From Tubiluchus corallicola (Eukaryota > Animalia > Priapulida): a stretch of 64,000 nt of DNA. A program made the position numbers and the translations under genes. The stretch is from positions 124,001 through 188,000 of the forward strand of contig JAQGDQ010000213.1 in NCBI GenBank assembly GCA_030141605.1, in the 5' to 3' direction. The notes beneath the pieces were generated by a model. That model was not told where the DNA came from. It did no database searches and saw only the letters and a program-made list of their open reading frames with translations. The number at the start of each line of letters is the position of its first letter. Position 1 is the first letter of the stretch. Below, in pieces: positions 1-10,899 of the stretch.

Positions 1-1680
1 AACTGAAGAATTTGTCGATTCGCCGAAAAATGCCTTGGTCGCTTCATTGAATTAAATTCTATGAATTTTGAAGATTTGAATTTTGCGTATGTAGCAAATG
101 ATGCTTGTTAAATTTGCACATAAGTTATGAACTACTATTTGATATCTGTCTTCATAGGCTGTGATATTTGTACGACAGTCAAAGCTATTTTTGCCCATTA
201 CCTCAATTATTGCTTTCCGCTGCAACACCTTAGAGATTAGACCAATTGGTAACAGGGACTGTAGTACGAAATGCTTGGCAATCCGTGAAGTAGGTACCTA
301 TCTTTGTTCAGAAGCTGGAATTCTTGTTTCACCACCAAAATACCTAACCCCGGAGTAAGATATCGTAACATAATCGAAAACTCTAGAATAATTGAACACT
401 ATAACCCACCTGAAAATTAATAATTGCCAGTCTATTTTTATGAAACATTCGAGTAATTCATATCTTGCTTTAACAACGACAAAATCTGCTGTACATTGTG
501 ACGCCATGTCTATAGGTTACGTACTCTGAGTCTCAATGTCATGAAAACCAGGCACGACCGCCCTATAGACGAGGTGTAACACGTGGTTCTGGGGTTCTAT
601 AGAGTTAGATAATTTACTATTAGAATCCTGGAGTCGGGCTAAGGCTTTGTTGTTTCATACGGGGGCACGCGGAACCCGAGCCTAGGAGTCTTAATGAGCC
701 AGTAATATTCGATGGTAGATAGAATACCAAACCAACTATTAAGCTGTATATAACAAAATTAATTGATAACCAGGAGAAAAGAAATAGTTAACTATAACAA
801 TCAATCACAGTACAGCAAATGTATTCTCTAGTCTAATAATAGAGAAGGGAGGTGTTAGTGGGGGTAGCACGTGCAAATGATGACGCACTCTCGATGACGG
901 CAATCCAACGATGACCATATACAAACGGAATTATGCTAGCTAGCAAACGCTGAGCAAAAGTGCAAAAGTCTTGGCTTACCAGACACGTTGTGTGAAACGG
1001 CAGCTGCTAACCTGTGGGGTAACATCCATGGATTTACCAACTATGGTTTGCTCCACCAACAATGGACTGTCCACCATAAACTTTAGCGTGACTTCAGGTT
1101 TGAACGAATCGTGACGGTAACGGTAACCACCTCATCAAACCAAGACAACGTACTCGACAAAGACCCGTCAGCACTGTAAACAATGGCTGTTGACTGAAGA
1201 AATAGCGACGTCTACTGCACTATAACATCGACGATGATAATCGACATTTCTGACCGTCTTTTCACAGACATGCGAAGATCAGACGATGGTCATTTTACGT
1301 GACCTAGACCTTTCAATAACGGCCGACTGACTGCCAGGTTGCACGTCTCGGGCTATAGCTGTAAAGTATGTATCATGTACACTTCACACCTGTACGGGTT
1401 TCACACATTTGAAATAAGCCGCGAGTATCGCAGGTATTGCAGAACACAACCACAAGACGAGGGGGGTGTTAGTAGGACTCCTACACTACTACACTAATTA
1501 CGCTAACAATACAGTACTACTATAGTGACTACTATAATGTAAGCAAATTACACTAGCAAGTGCTACAGCTATCACTATAAGGAACTTGACTGTGAAATGA
1601 AAAGGTGACAAACAAGTAAACAAAAATATCGTAAATAATAGATGGTTTATCACATACATGAAAGAATCAGCCTCTAAGAA

Positions 1681-1833
1681 TCAATATGTTTATTGAGCAT
1701 AGACGATCGTTTCAACTTTTACAGTCCTTTTCAGTATGTATCATTGTACTAATTATTCCTTTTTTGGCTTGATTTATAGTGTTGAATGACTGTAATAGCA
1801 GAAACGATCGCCTACGCTCAATAAACATTTTGA
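1681..1833. mobile_element. Small MITE-like inverted-repeat element
   Basis: About 33-bp imperfect inverted repeats: tcaatatgtttattgagcatagacgatcgtttc and gaaacgatcgcctacgctcaataaacattttga. Confidence 0.6.
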
Positions 1834-2073
1834 CTAAAATTGTTTTCGGTAAAAGAGCACTTTAGTTTTCTTAATAATTGGTGGATCGGTTTCATGGAGT
1901 AACTGATGACAATTTAGGCAGAAATCAACACTTTCAACCGAAAGAAGTTTATTGAACATGGTTTGTTAACCTCTTGGTAAACAAAATGCTGATCAAATAA
2001 CATCAAAAAGTTGGTAATCACAACATTTTAACCTATTGATTATTGACTGCTGCAGAATTCTGAGTAGGCGTAT

Positions 2074-5000
2074 TTAAAATGCAAATGCTCCTGTGCTGTA
2101 GAGAAGATCGTAACCAGCTTCTGTACTGATGCAAATGTCACCATACTCATCAACGAAGTTGAAACTGAATTCATCTGAAGCCATACATTCGACTTCAGTT
2201 GGACGAATCCTTTTTCCAATTCCCGTAACAAAAACTGCAACATCTAAAGTGGTAAAAATACTTTTGTTAAAATATGCATGACAGTCGATGTTGGCATTTA
2301 TCCATTAGCCCGCAATTCTGGCTTGCCATCTGCGACCTTTAATGGACCATTTATGTCCTTTAAACTCTAACAATGCAACTGTTCGTCTCAACTTTCATAT
2401 AACTTATATTATATACAAGATATACTTTGTTCATTCTTATCAAATGCTTGTTTTATGCCACACCTTCAGCTTATCTTAAACCCTCAAAATAAACTTTCAC
2501 GCGAAGTTTAAGTTAGTTGCATCTGGGGTTTTTACGTGATATATTATACAACGTATAATTTACAAATTTCATATCGCTTCTAGAAATGGTTCAAGTTTAG
2601 ACCTAAATGTGTCATAATATGAGGCTCTCGGTAAGACAATTGACAAGTGGCATCTTCAACCATTTATAGAGATTTTGGCTTTGCCGCAGATAAAAATTGA
2701 AACAATTAATTGGCTACATTAATGATACTGCAAAATGTACGAAATGTTTCTTTTCAAATACTATCGTAATGTACTATAGATAGATCATACATTTTTAAAC
2801 AGATTACATAGCTCCCTATTCCACATTCCCACTCAAGTATAGGTACAGAATATGCATTTAATAAATACGTCATTTTTATTATCAAAAGGCACATTTTACA
2901 TTCGGTTAAATTTCGGAGAAGCTAAACTGACTCTTGTAATGTGATCCACCTTTATTTGATCTACCGTTAACAATAGTGATTAAAGACGGAAATTGATTTT
3001 GGAAGTGATAATAAGGACCTTTCTTCTACATGACCTTACCATCTTTGTGAAGCCTTTCAGCAGCAGGACAGGCACTTCCGCCGCAATTTGCTTTGCCGTC
3101 AGTCACAAGGACAGTTAATCTTATTCTGTATTTTCCTCTTCTGGATCTGTTTCTGCGTCGACGAAATATTGTTCTTGCTTTGTCAAAAGCTTTGTTGGAG
3201 CACGTCTTTCTGCCACCTATGGATTCAATTGAATGTTAGTTGAAGATGTTCAGAAACTACATTTGATCTTTGCCTAATGTAATTTTTCAAAACAGAAAAA
3301 TTCGCAGCTGTATCGACAGTTTACAAGGCTTATGGAGACTTTACATTGTGATCTGTTAGAATGTTTGAACTTAACGCCTTCATCAACGATCACATCTATC
3401 CTAGCCCTAATTTATCCCATTCAATTTAATAAATGCTACATAACAAAGTTATCCAAGAATAACAATTCGTTTTGCCACAAACTGAACACATTTTGTACAT
3501 TGTACGCCACAAAAGTCATGCCCACACTAATCGTGACCACTAACTTAAAACTGAAACACACACAACCAAACAGAGCAGAACTGAATGACAAAAAGACACA
3601 ATATTAGCATGCTTGGTAATAAGAACGCGACATCTTGCTAGGTTTGTACAGAGATGCTAATTTTTTAATAATATGCATAGTTTTTCTTTTTTTTATAAGC
3701 AACTGCAGCTTGTCTCCATTTATACCTGCATACTTCATGTCGTCAATATGATCAATGATATCTTCTGTGTTACTGTATTTGTCAAAATCGAATTCTTCTC
3801 TAGTACCGCTTGCATAACGGATTAGTGCCACTCGAGAGTCGTACTCGGGGTTATCCATGACAATTCGAACCCAGTTCTAGTAAGAATGGCATTTAATGAA
3901 AAAATTGTACAAGTAAGAAACAAGGAAAAACAAGATGTTTGTTATAACCATAAATAAAAGCAATTTAAAGAGCAGCGCCATTCCAGTTACAAGTTAAGGT
4001 GCACTGCTTAAAAGAACACCAAACCAAAGTGTTGTAACAGGCATAGATATTAATTAGTTACTCAACATAACATTCTTCCCTCCTAAGAATTTGGGAACAT
4101 TTAAAGCTACAATATCAATTATAAGTGTTATCAAATTGAACCAGACAAACAGTTCAAAGTTAACAGTATTAACTCGGAAACTAAACAAAATTTAGTACAG
4201 TTAGTTTAAGATACTTATATAAAAGGGATTTGATAAGCAGTATACTGATTCACTGAATGTAATGTCCAATGCATATGAATTCTAAAATTAGCATGAGTTT
4301 GATAAAGTTACATCCAATTCAGTTCACTACAATTAATCACAATAGCGTGCTGGCATTTTCCCTTTGTTTGCTCTAGAAGACCTCCTTACAGATTCTACTT
4401 CTTCACTGTCATGTGCAATTTCTGTAATCTCTTCCTTCCCACTAGTGAAAACTCCATCCATCTTTGTATTAAGTGTATCCTGATTTGAGACTGTTTCTGT
4501 GTGTACAACGTTATGGGAATTCACAGGTTCCATGACCAGTTTTCTTTGAGGTTCTTCATTCTCTCCATCTATCACTGCTCTGCCACTTTCATCAACCTTT
4601 CCGCATGGTGCTAAGTCTTTAATAGATACAGTGCTTTCCCGGCCATCACGATATCGTATATGTGCATATTGGGGATTTGCTTCAATTAAATCTACCATAT
4701 CCACTAGAGGATCAGACTTGCAGGTTCTAACAAATCGTCTTAACAGTACCGGTCCAGGGGAAGTGAGCCAGCTGGGCACAGAACCTCCACTAGCTGAACT
4801 GCGAGCAAAATTAAAAAACAATTCATGTGGGGTGGCATTAGTGGACGTACACAGTAATGACCGAATCGCATGTAATGCTTCTGGTAAAACTATCTCCCAA
4901 GCTTTGATGTCTAAATTCTTGGATTCCAGTGCTAACTGTATCGACTTCCATATTTTCCATTGTATTTTTCACATTGCCCATTACCACGTGGATTATATGG

Positions 5001-8000
5001 AGTTGTTCGGCTAGTTGCAATTCCCCTGGAGTGCAGAAATTCTCGAACTTCTGCTGACAGAAAACTAGCACCTCGATCCGAATGTATGTAAGCTGCACAT
5101 CCATAAAGTGAAAAAATTTGACTAAGGCCCTGTATCACAGTCTGAGCAGATAAATCTGCACACGGTATGGCAAATGGAAATCGGCTATACTCATCCACTA
5201 CAGTTAGAAAATACTTGTTTGAGGTGCTACTGGGCAAAGGACCTTTAAAGTCAATGTTCAACCTTTCCATTGGTCGCACAGCTTTAATAAGAGTTGCTCG
5301 TTCAGGCTTCATGAATCTAGGTTTCAATTTACAGCATGCTGGACACTGAAAAGTGATTTTACGAATTTCATCCAAAGTATATGGTAAGTTTTTGGTTCTC
5401 ACAAAATGGTACAGCCTAGTAGCTCCTGGGTGACATAAAGCCTCATGCAAAGTTTTTAAGTAATTCAAATCTGAAAATGTAGTTGCGCATCTGGAAAGTG
5501 CATCTGGGGCTTCATTATTTTTGCCCGGTCTGTATCTAATATCATAGCTAAATCCTGTTAACTGTACCCTCCATCTCTGAATTTTATCATTCTTTACTTT
5601 ACTTTTTTGCTTTTGATCAAACATGAATGATACTGACCTTTGATCTGTCACTAAGGTGAAGTGTCGCCCCATTAGAAGATGTCGCCATCGCTCCAACGAT
5701 TCTACTATAGCATAAGCTTCTTTCTCCACAGAAGCATGGTTTCGTTCTGAACGATTTAGTGTCCTAGAATAAAAGGCCACTGGCCTTCCAGCTTGATTTA
5801 ATGTAGCAGCAATTGCCGTTTCAGATGCATCTGTTTCCACCACAAAAGGTATGTCGTCCTCTATATCTTTAATAGCTGCAGACTCAATATCAGCTTTCAG
5901 TTGAAAAAAAGCATGTTTTGCTTCACTGCTTAAAGGAAATTTATTAGCTTCATTCAGAGGCCTTATCTTTGCTGAAAAATTTGAGATCCATTGCGAATAG
6001 TATGCAAATAATCCTAATACACGTTTAAGCGACTTCTGACTGTTTGGCTCTGGCATATCCTGTAATGTTTTCAATCTATCAGGATCTGGTTTGATGCTCC
6101 CTTTGCTAATCTGATACCCCAGCATTTTAACTGTTTCCGTAGAATAGACACACTTTTTCTCGTTAAGTGTTAAGTTTGCTCTTTTTGCAGCCTCTAATAA
6201 TTTCTGCAAATTTTCATCATGTTCTTGCTGAGTCATGCCACCTAGTGTAATGTTGTCCAGATATGCATACGTATCTTTCAAACCAAAGTCCTGAATAAAC
6301 TCATCCATTTTCCTCTGAAAACAGGAAACTCCATTGGTGATTCCAAAAAGCAGGCATGTAAATTGATATAATTGCCCATTAGCTTCAAATGCCGTATATT
6401 TTCTATCTTGTTCTCTCAGCGGTATATGATGATATGCTGATTCCAGATCTACAGTACTATAAAAACGGTATTTAGCCATTGTATTTGCTAAATCACTCAT
6501 TCGTTTAGCCGGATAAGCATCAAGTTCTGTAAATCTATTTATTGTTTGAGAATAGTCTATCACTAGTCTTCTGCGGTGATTTTCATTAGTAGTGACCAGT
6601 ACCTGGGCCATCCAATTAGATTTCTCAATTCTACCGTCTTTTAGCAGTTTTTCCACCTCTAGCTCAATGAATTTCGTTTTCTCGATGTCGTACCTTCGCG
6701 ATTTAGTTGCCACTGGTTTAATGCCATCTGTTAGATTCTGAAAAGGCTCAGCCGGAGATAATTTCGCTCTCATTAATCCACAAACTTTTAGCGGTTCCTT
6801 CCCTCCCCCAAAATGAAGAGTAACTTTCTCGTGCTGAGACATGAAATCATGTCCTAAAATTACGTCAGCACACAGATTTCGTAGAACAAGCAATTTAACA
6901 GCATAATTTCTGTTTTGAAGAATCATATCTACATTACATACCGATTTCACTTCAAAACTCGATGTGGCAACTGCCATTCCAACTTTGTCATTTGTTTGAT
7001 CACATGGAATGCCCAATTGTTCTACAATTTCAGCATTGATGTATGAATCTGAACTGCCGCTGTCTATCAGTGCCTTCAATTCTGTTTGCTGAATAGTAAT
7101 TTTTACTGTCGCTTTAGTTAAACTGTTAGGAGTTCCAATCTCTTGATGTGCAGTTGCTAAAGTTAACCAGTTCGATTGATAATTATCACTTTTGTTCTTT
7201 CTCACAAGTGATGCAGTTGTCTTTTCAGTACATTTTCTTGAAAAATGTCCCCATTTGTTGCACTTAAAGCACTGTTCATTTTTCGCGGGACACTTATTTT
7301 TGATGTGGCTATATCCGCAAGACTCACACACAGTCTTAGAATTTGGATTAGCCCTAGCACCGTAATGTTTTTTCTTTATGCTAGCAAGAGAACAATCTCC
7401 GTGGTCATCTTCTTTACTTGCCGTAAAAGCCGCTATACCACCAATGTCTGACATTGCATTTCCGATATAATTTGATGAATGGGCCATAGCCATTTCTGTA
7501 GATTTGGCAGTTTTTAACACTTTGTCCAAATCCAGCTCTTCACAGTCTACTAGTATCTTCTGCCTAATCTCATTTGAAGCCAATCCAGATATGAAGGCAG
7601 ACAGGATGGCTTCGTTTTTGTACTGCTCTGCACTAACCGCATCAAACGAACACTCCTTAGCTAATTCTCTCAGAGTCTGCACGAATTTATCAATAGAATC
7701 ACTTGACTTCTGCTTACAAGTCATCAATGCATGCCTAGCATAATGAATATTCTTTGGCTTTAAATAAACTTTTTTTAACGTGTCAACAGCGTCCTTGTAA
7801 CTCTTGCATTCCGAAAATACTTTAAAAACTGAAGCAGATACATAGTTCGTTAACAGTTCAAATTTCCTTCTATCTACTTCTTCCGCCACGGCTGCTACTT
7901 CATCCTCTTCTGCTTGTTTAGCCACTGCCCTTCCTTGAAAATTTTCGAATGTTTTCAACCAGTGCTGAAATTCTTCGTCAGCTGAGCTAGAATTCGGGTC

Positions 8001-9100
8001 CACACTTAGCCTCTCAGGTCGAAGATATTTGTCCATCTTTTGTTTTAAATTGGAATAAATTGTTATAACCATAAATAAAAGAGAAAATGATTGGAATTAT
8101 GGCTGTATTCCAATTTAAAGAGCAGCGCCATTCCAGTTACAAGTTAAGGTGCACTGCTTAAAAGAACACCAAACCAAAGTGTTGTAACAGGCATAGATAT
8201 TAATTAGTTACTCAACANCAATGTTTAAAATTACAGGTGTAGTTTATCTCCTGGTGAAAGATGGAAAAGTAGAGAAAAGATTACATATTTGCTAATATAT
8301 TATTAACACATAAAAATTATTATTAACGCTTCTATCGTTTATCACATTGTCTGCTTGACATCACGCTAGTTACTGATTTTATAAAAATTTTCCATTTGAA
8401 ATTGACGCGAGAACTTAAAAAACAGTATCCCGAGAGCATTAATGAGAGCAATCCCTAAAATGATTCTCTGAACATTAACCCACAAGGCTTTCACATGCAC
8501 TAGCTGAGCAATTTAAATCAAGACTAAAATACGAAAAACAGAACAGCTAAATAACATTTATGTTATAATTATTATAGAGCAAAGCAATGAAAATGTCAAT
8601 CTATTCGCTCTTCGCTAGAAACTAGACAAAGTTTCTTTTATCCTGTCATGCAAAATGCCTGGTATCCGCACATTTTATATTTTTTAGAATTCATTTATTT
8701 TTTTTTAGTTTCCATTAATTAGCAACATTTTTCTACGCCTGCTTAACAATGGCTGTTTTGCCCAATAACTCATTTCAATGCCCTTTGTTGTTTAACTTCG
8801 CATGCACTGTTTTATCAAAGGGACATTAAAGTTAAGGATTTCAAAGTCGGTACCACTGTTATCGCTGAAGTAAGTCAGCTTGCATCGGAGGTCTTTGTAA
8901 ATGTAAAGCAAATCCCACTCTATTATAAGAACTGAAATGATGTTTCCTTACCTTTAGAGCACATTTCGCTTCGTTATAGTTCCTTCTCATACTTATACTT
9001 TCATCTATCATAAGTATCGCATCAACTTTTTTGGTACCGGGAAACTCTGCATAGGAGCTTCTAACGAAGTTTCTTATTTTTTGTGCATCAATTTTTGTAT
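2074..9100 (-). CDS. Single-VWA-domain protein, spliced; 5' exon(s) not confidently located
   Basis: Phase-compatible GT-AG exons at 9100-8952, 3876-3726, 3216-3040 and 2243-2074 (TAA). They join into TKIDAQ...VDAILMIDESISM...NWVRIVMDNPEYDSRVALIRYAS...MKYAGGRKTCSNKAFDKARTIF...LTVLVTDGKANCGG...DVAVFVTGIG...ECMASDEFSF...GAFAF*. The MIDAS elements DxSxS, T and TDG occur in VWA order. Confidence 0.85.
3940..4072 (-). repeat. 3' LTR of the Gypsy element (lacks 29 bp relative to the 5' LTR)
   Basis: Direct repeat of 8061-8220, preceded on the minus strand by the PPT. Confidence 0.95.
4333..8036 (-). CDS. Gag-Pol polyprotein (gag, aspartic protease, RT, RNase H, integrase) with one 1-bp frameshift in integrase
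   Basis: The likely start is ATG 8036 (MDKYLRPERL). Motifs: CESCGYSH..C and CFKCNKWGHFSRKC knuckles; LIDSGS protease; VIDYS, DLESAYH and YLDN in RT; ETDAS and EKEAYAI in RNase H; LHEALCHPG..CPAC, IDFKG, HSDRG and CEKYN in integrase. One A is missing from the run at about 4953-4956. Restoring it joins ORF 4932-8072 to ORF 4333-4821 (…NGKIWKSIQLALES…). Confidence 0.95.
8044..8057 (-). promoter_or_regulatory. Putative self-priming primer-binding site (non-tRNA)
   Basis: It starts 3 nt inside the 5' LTR boundary. Sense TATTCCAATTTAAA is the perfect reverse complement of LTR sense TTTAAATTGGAATA (8106-8119). No TGG-starting tRNA PBS is present. Confidence 0.7.
8061..8220 (-). repeat. 5' LTR of the Gypsy element
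   Basis: By eye identical to the 3940-4072 copy except for an extra 29 bp (8082-8110) and the N at 8218. Confidence 0.95.
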
Positions 9101-9128
9101 CTATTTGCAAAAAGATAACTATTATTTA

Positions 9129-10436
9129 TAGGGGGAAAATAATAAGTAACCGTGACCTAGAACAAATTGCAATAGAATTTTTGTCTTCAGATTCTGTTAG
9201 AATGTGGTCTCAAGTACCTACAACAAAAAATTGACCAAAATATTTTTGATACTTTTGAGATATATGCATAAATCCAAGATGGCACATGCTAACGCCAAAA
9301 CTCAGTTATATCTGCTAAATAGGTGAAAAATTGTATTGTTGACTGATACGAAACTGCACCCAAGAACTCCAAAAATTTCGTCGTTTTCATCTACGATGTC
9401 ATCATAATATCGCAATACTATTATGAGGCAGTTAAGAACAACACTATTTCAATGTTGTTAAAAATGGGTCACTGGAATTGTTCTTCTTTCATTATCACTG
9501 CTTGTAATAGCATTTAAAATCAGTTAAACATTGTTCTAGCATGTCGTTGATGTCCATTTACATCATTTCCTTGGTATGTATATGGTGCCTATAGGTGTCA
9601 AAAGTCGATTGCTTAGTAGAAAATTATGTGGCAACAACTGTTAGGAAAATGCACCATGTAAAACCAAAAATGTTGTCATTTTCCAACTATAACGTCACAA
9701 CGCCATTGTCAAGTCATTAGGCCATCACTGTTACTTATTTTTACATTAATTTTGAATGCTTGCCCCTTAAGTGGAAGTGGCGACGAGCGCATGGAAAGAA
9801 GGTCTGCCATTAGCTAGGTTCGTTATTTCGGCAATATGTTACACCAATGCCAATTGTTTGACCCAAGTGAGACGTGGGCAGGGGTGGGGGTGAAACCAAT
9901 TGATTGGTGCAGGGCAGAAGTCAGTGGAAAGGACTTGACTGGTTGGAACAGTCTCGTCCAGGCATGCCACATATGATGGAGGAGACTAAGACAGCGTCAC
10001 TTCAAAAATGTGATCACTGGTATTGTTTTACTCGCTCTCGTGTATAGTTATTTGTTGGTGGCAAAGTGAAACTAGCGGATGCAAATCTTTCCAATGAAGC
10101 CGCTGTCCCATAGGTTGCATCCGGTAGTTTCACTTTGACACCAATGAATAATTATATGTGAAACAAGTAAGTGACTTCCAGTGACCAGCATTATCAAGTG
10201 ATGCTGTCTTAATAGAATTTTTTCACTTAGGCTTGATGATTTACGAGATATAACTGATTTTTGGCCCTACCAGGCGCCATGTTGGATTTATGCATATATC
10301 ACAAAAGTATCGAAACCGATTTTGGCCGATTTTTTATTGTGGGTACTTGTGACCATGTTCTGACAGAATCTGAATAGAAAAATTCTATTGCAATTTGTTC
10401 TAGGTATCCATTTACTAGAAGCTCTATATTCGCCTA
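9129..10436. mobile_element. Non-autonomous DNA transposon with long imperfect TIRs (about 200 bp), probable TA TSD
   Basis: acctagaacaaattgcaatagaattttt...gatatatgcataaatccaagatggc (from 9155) is inverted at 10275-10405. The ends read TA|TAGG...CCTA|TA. Confidence 0.75.
9986..10212. mobile_element. Nested fold-back (hairpin) MITE
   Basis: taagacagcgtcactt...ttggtggcaaagtgaaactagcggatgcaa is mirrored by ttgcatccggtagtttcactttgacaccaa...aagtgatgctgtctta. Confidence 0.7.
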
Positions 10437-10899
10437 TAATAACACTTTTCATATACATTCCTTATATTCTCGTGATGATTTAATAATCACCATTTTCTAC
10501 TTGAAGAAAGTTCAAGAACGCACTGACTTGTTACTTGGGTGAGCGGCTTGCCAACTCTATTTTTAAAACTGCATGTGCACATGCAAAATGATTAAATTTT
10601 GCAAGAAACTTCAAAGCTAGAATAGGGATGAGGTAACCACTGTTAACTGAGCAAGCTTCATCTGCTAGGGACTTCTAATCTTCGCGTGAAAAACATAATA
10701 ATCGAGCCTGTCTAATTGCGAGTCTAATTATTTTTATAGACATATTGGTTAATTAAATAAAATAAAACATATCGTACTACACAGATATTTCCATATTTGA
10801 GAAAGGAAGTTTTAAGGAAAATTTAATTTGTAGCCACCAATTTAAATTTTGACAGTGTCACTAATTGTGTGAGATATTAACCAGAAGGATTTAACAAAT

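Larger units (their letters stand above)
3940..8220 (-). mobile_element. Full-length Ty3/Gypsy LTR retrotransposon with short LTRs and double Cys/His knuckle gag, intronic in the VWA gene
   Basis: Direct repeats with TG...CA ends at 3940-4072 and 8061-8220 (one N at 8218). The 5-bp TSD ATGTT lies at 3935-3939 and 8221-8225. A polypurine tract (minus strand AGGAGGGAAGAA, 4073-4084) abuts the 3' LTR. Internal domain order is gag-PR-RT-RH-INT. Confidence 0.97.

Noticed and set aside
4333-4821. Separate env-like or accessory ORF
   Set aside because: It is in frame with the post-frameshift integrase and is simply the integrase C-terminus.
4945-4965. Programmed ribosomal frameshift in pol
   Set aside because: The shift falls inside the integrase catalytic core, not at a gag/pol boundary. 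A 1-bp homopolymer loss explains it.
8037-8072. ORF-track start MVITIYSNLKQK
   Set aside because: That ATG lies inside the LTR and reads across the PBS. ATG 8036 is the more plausible gag start.
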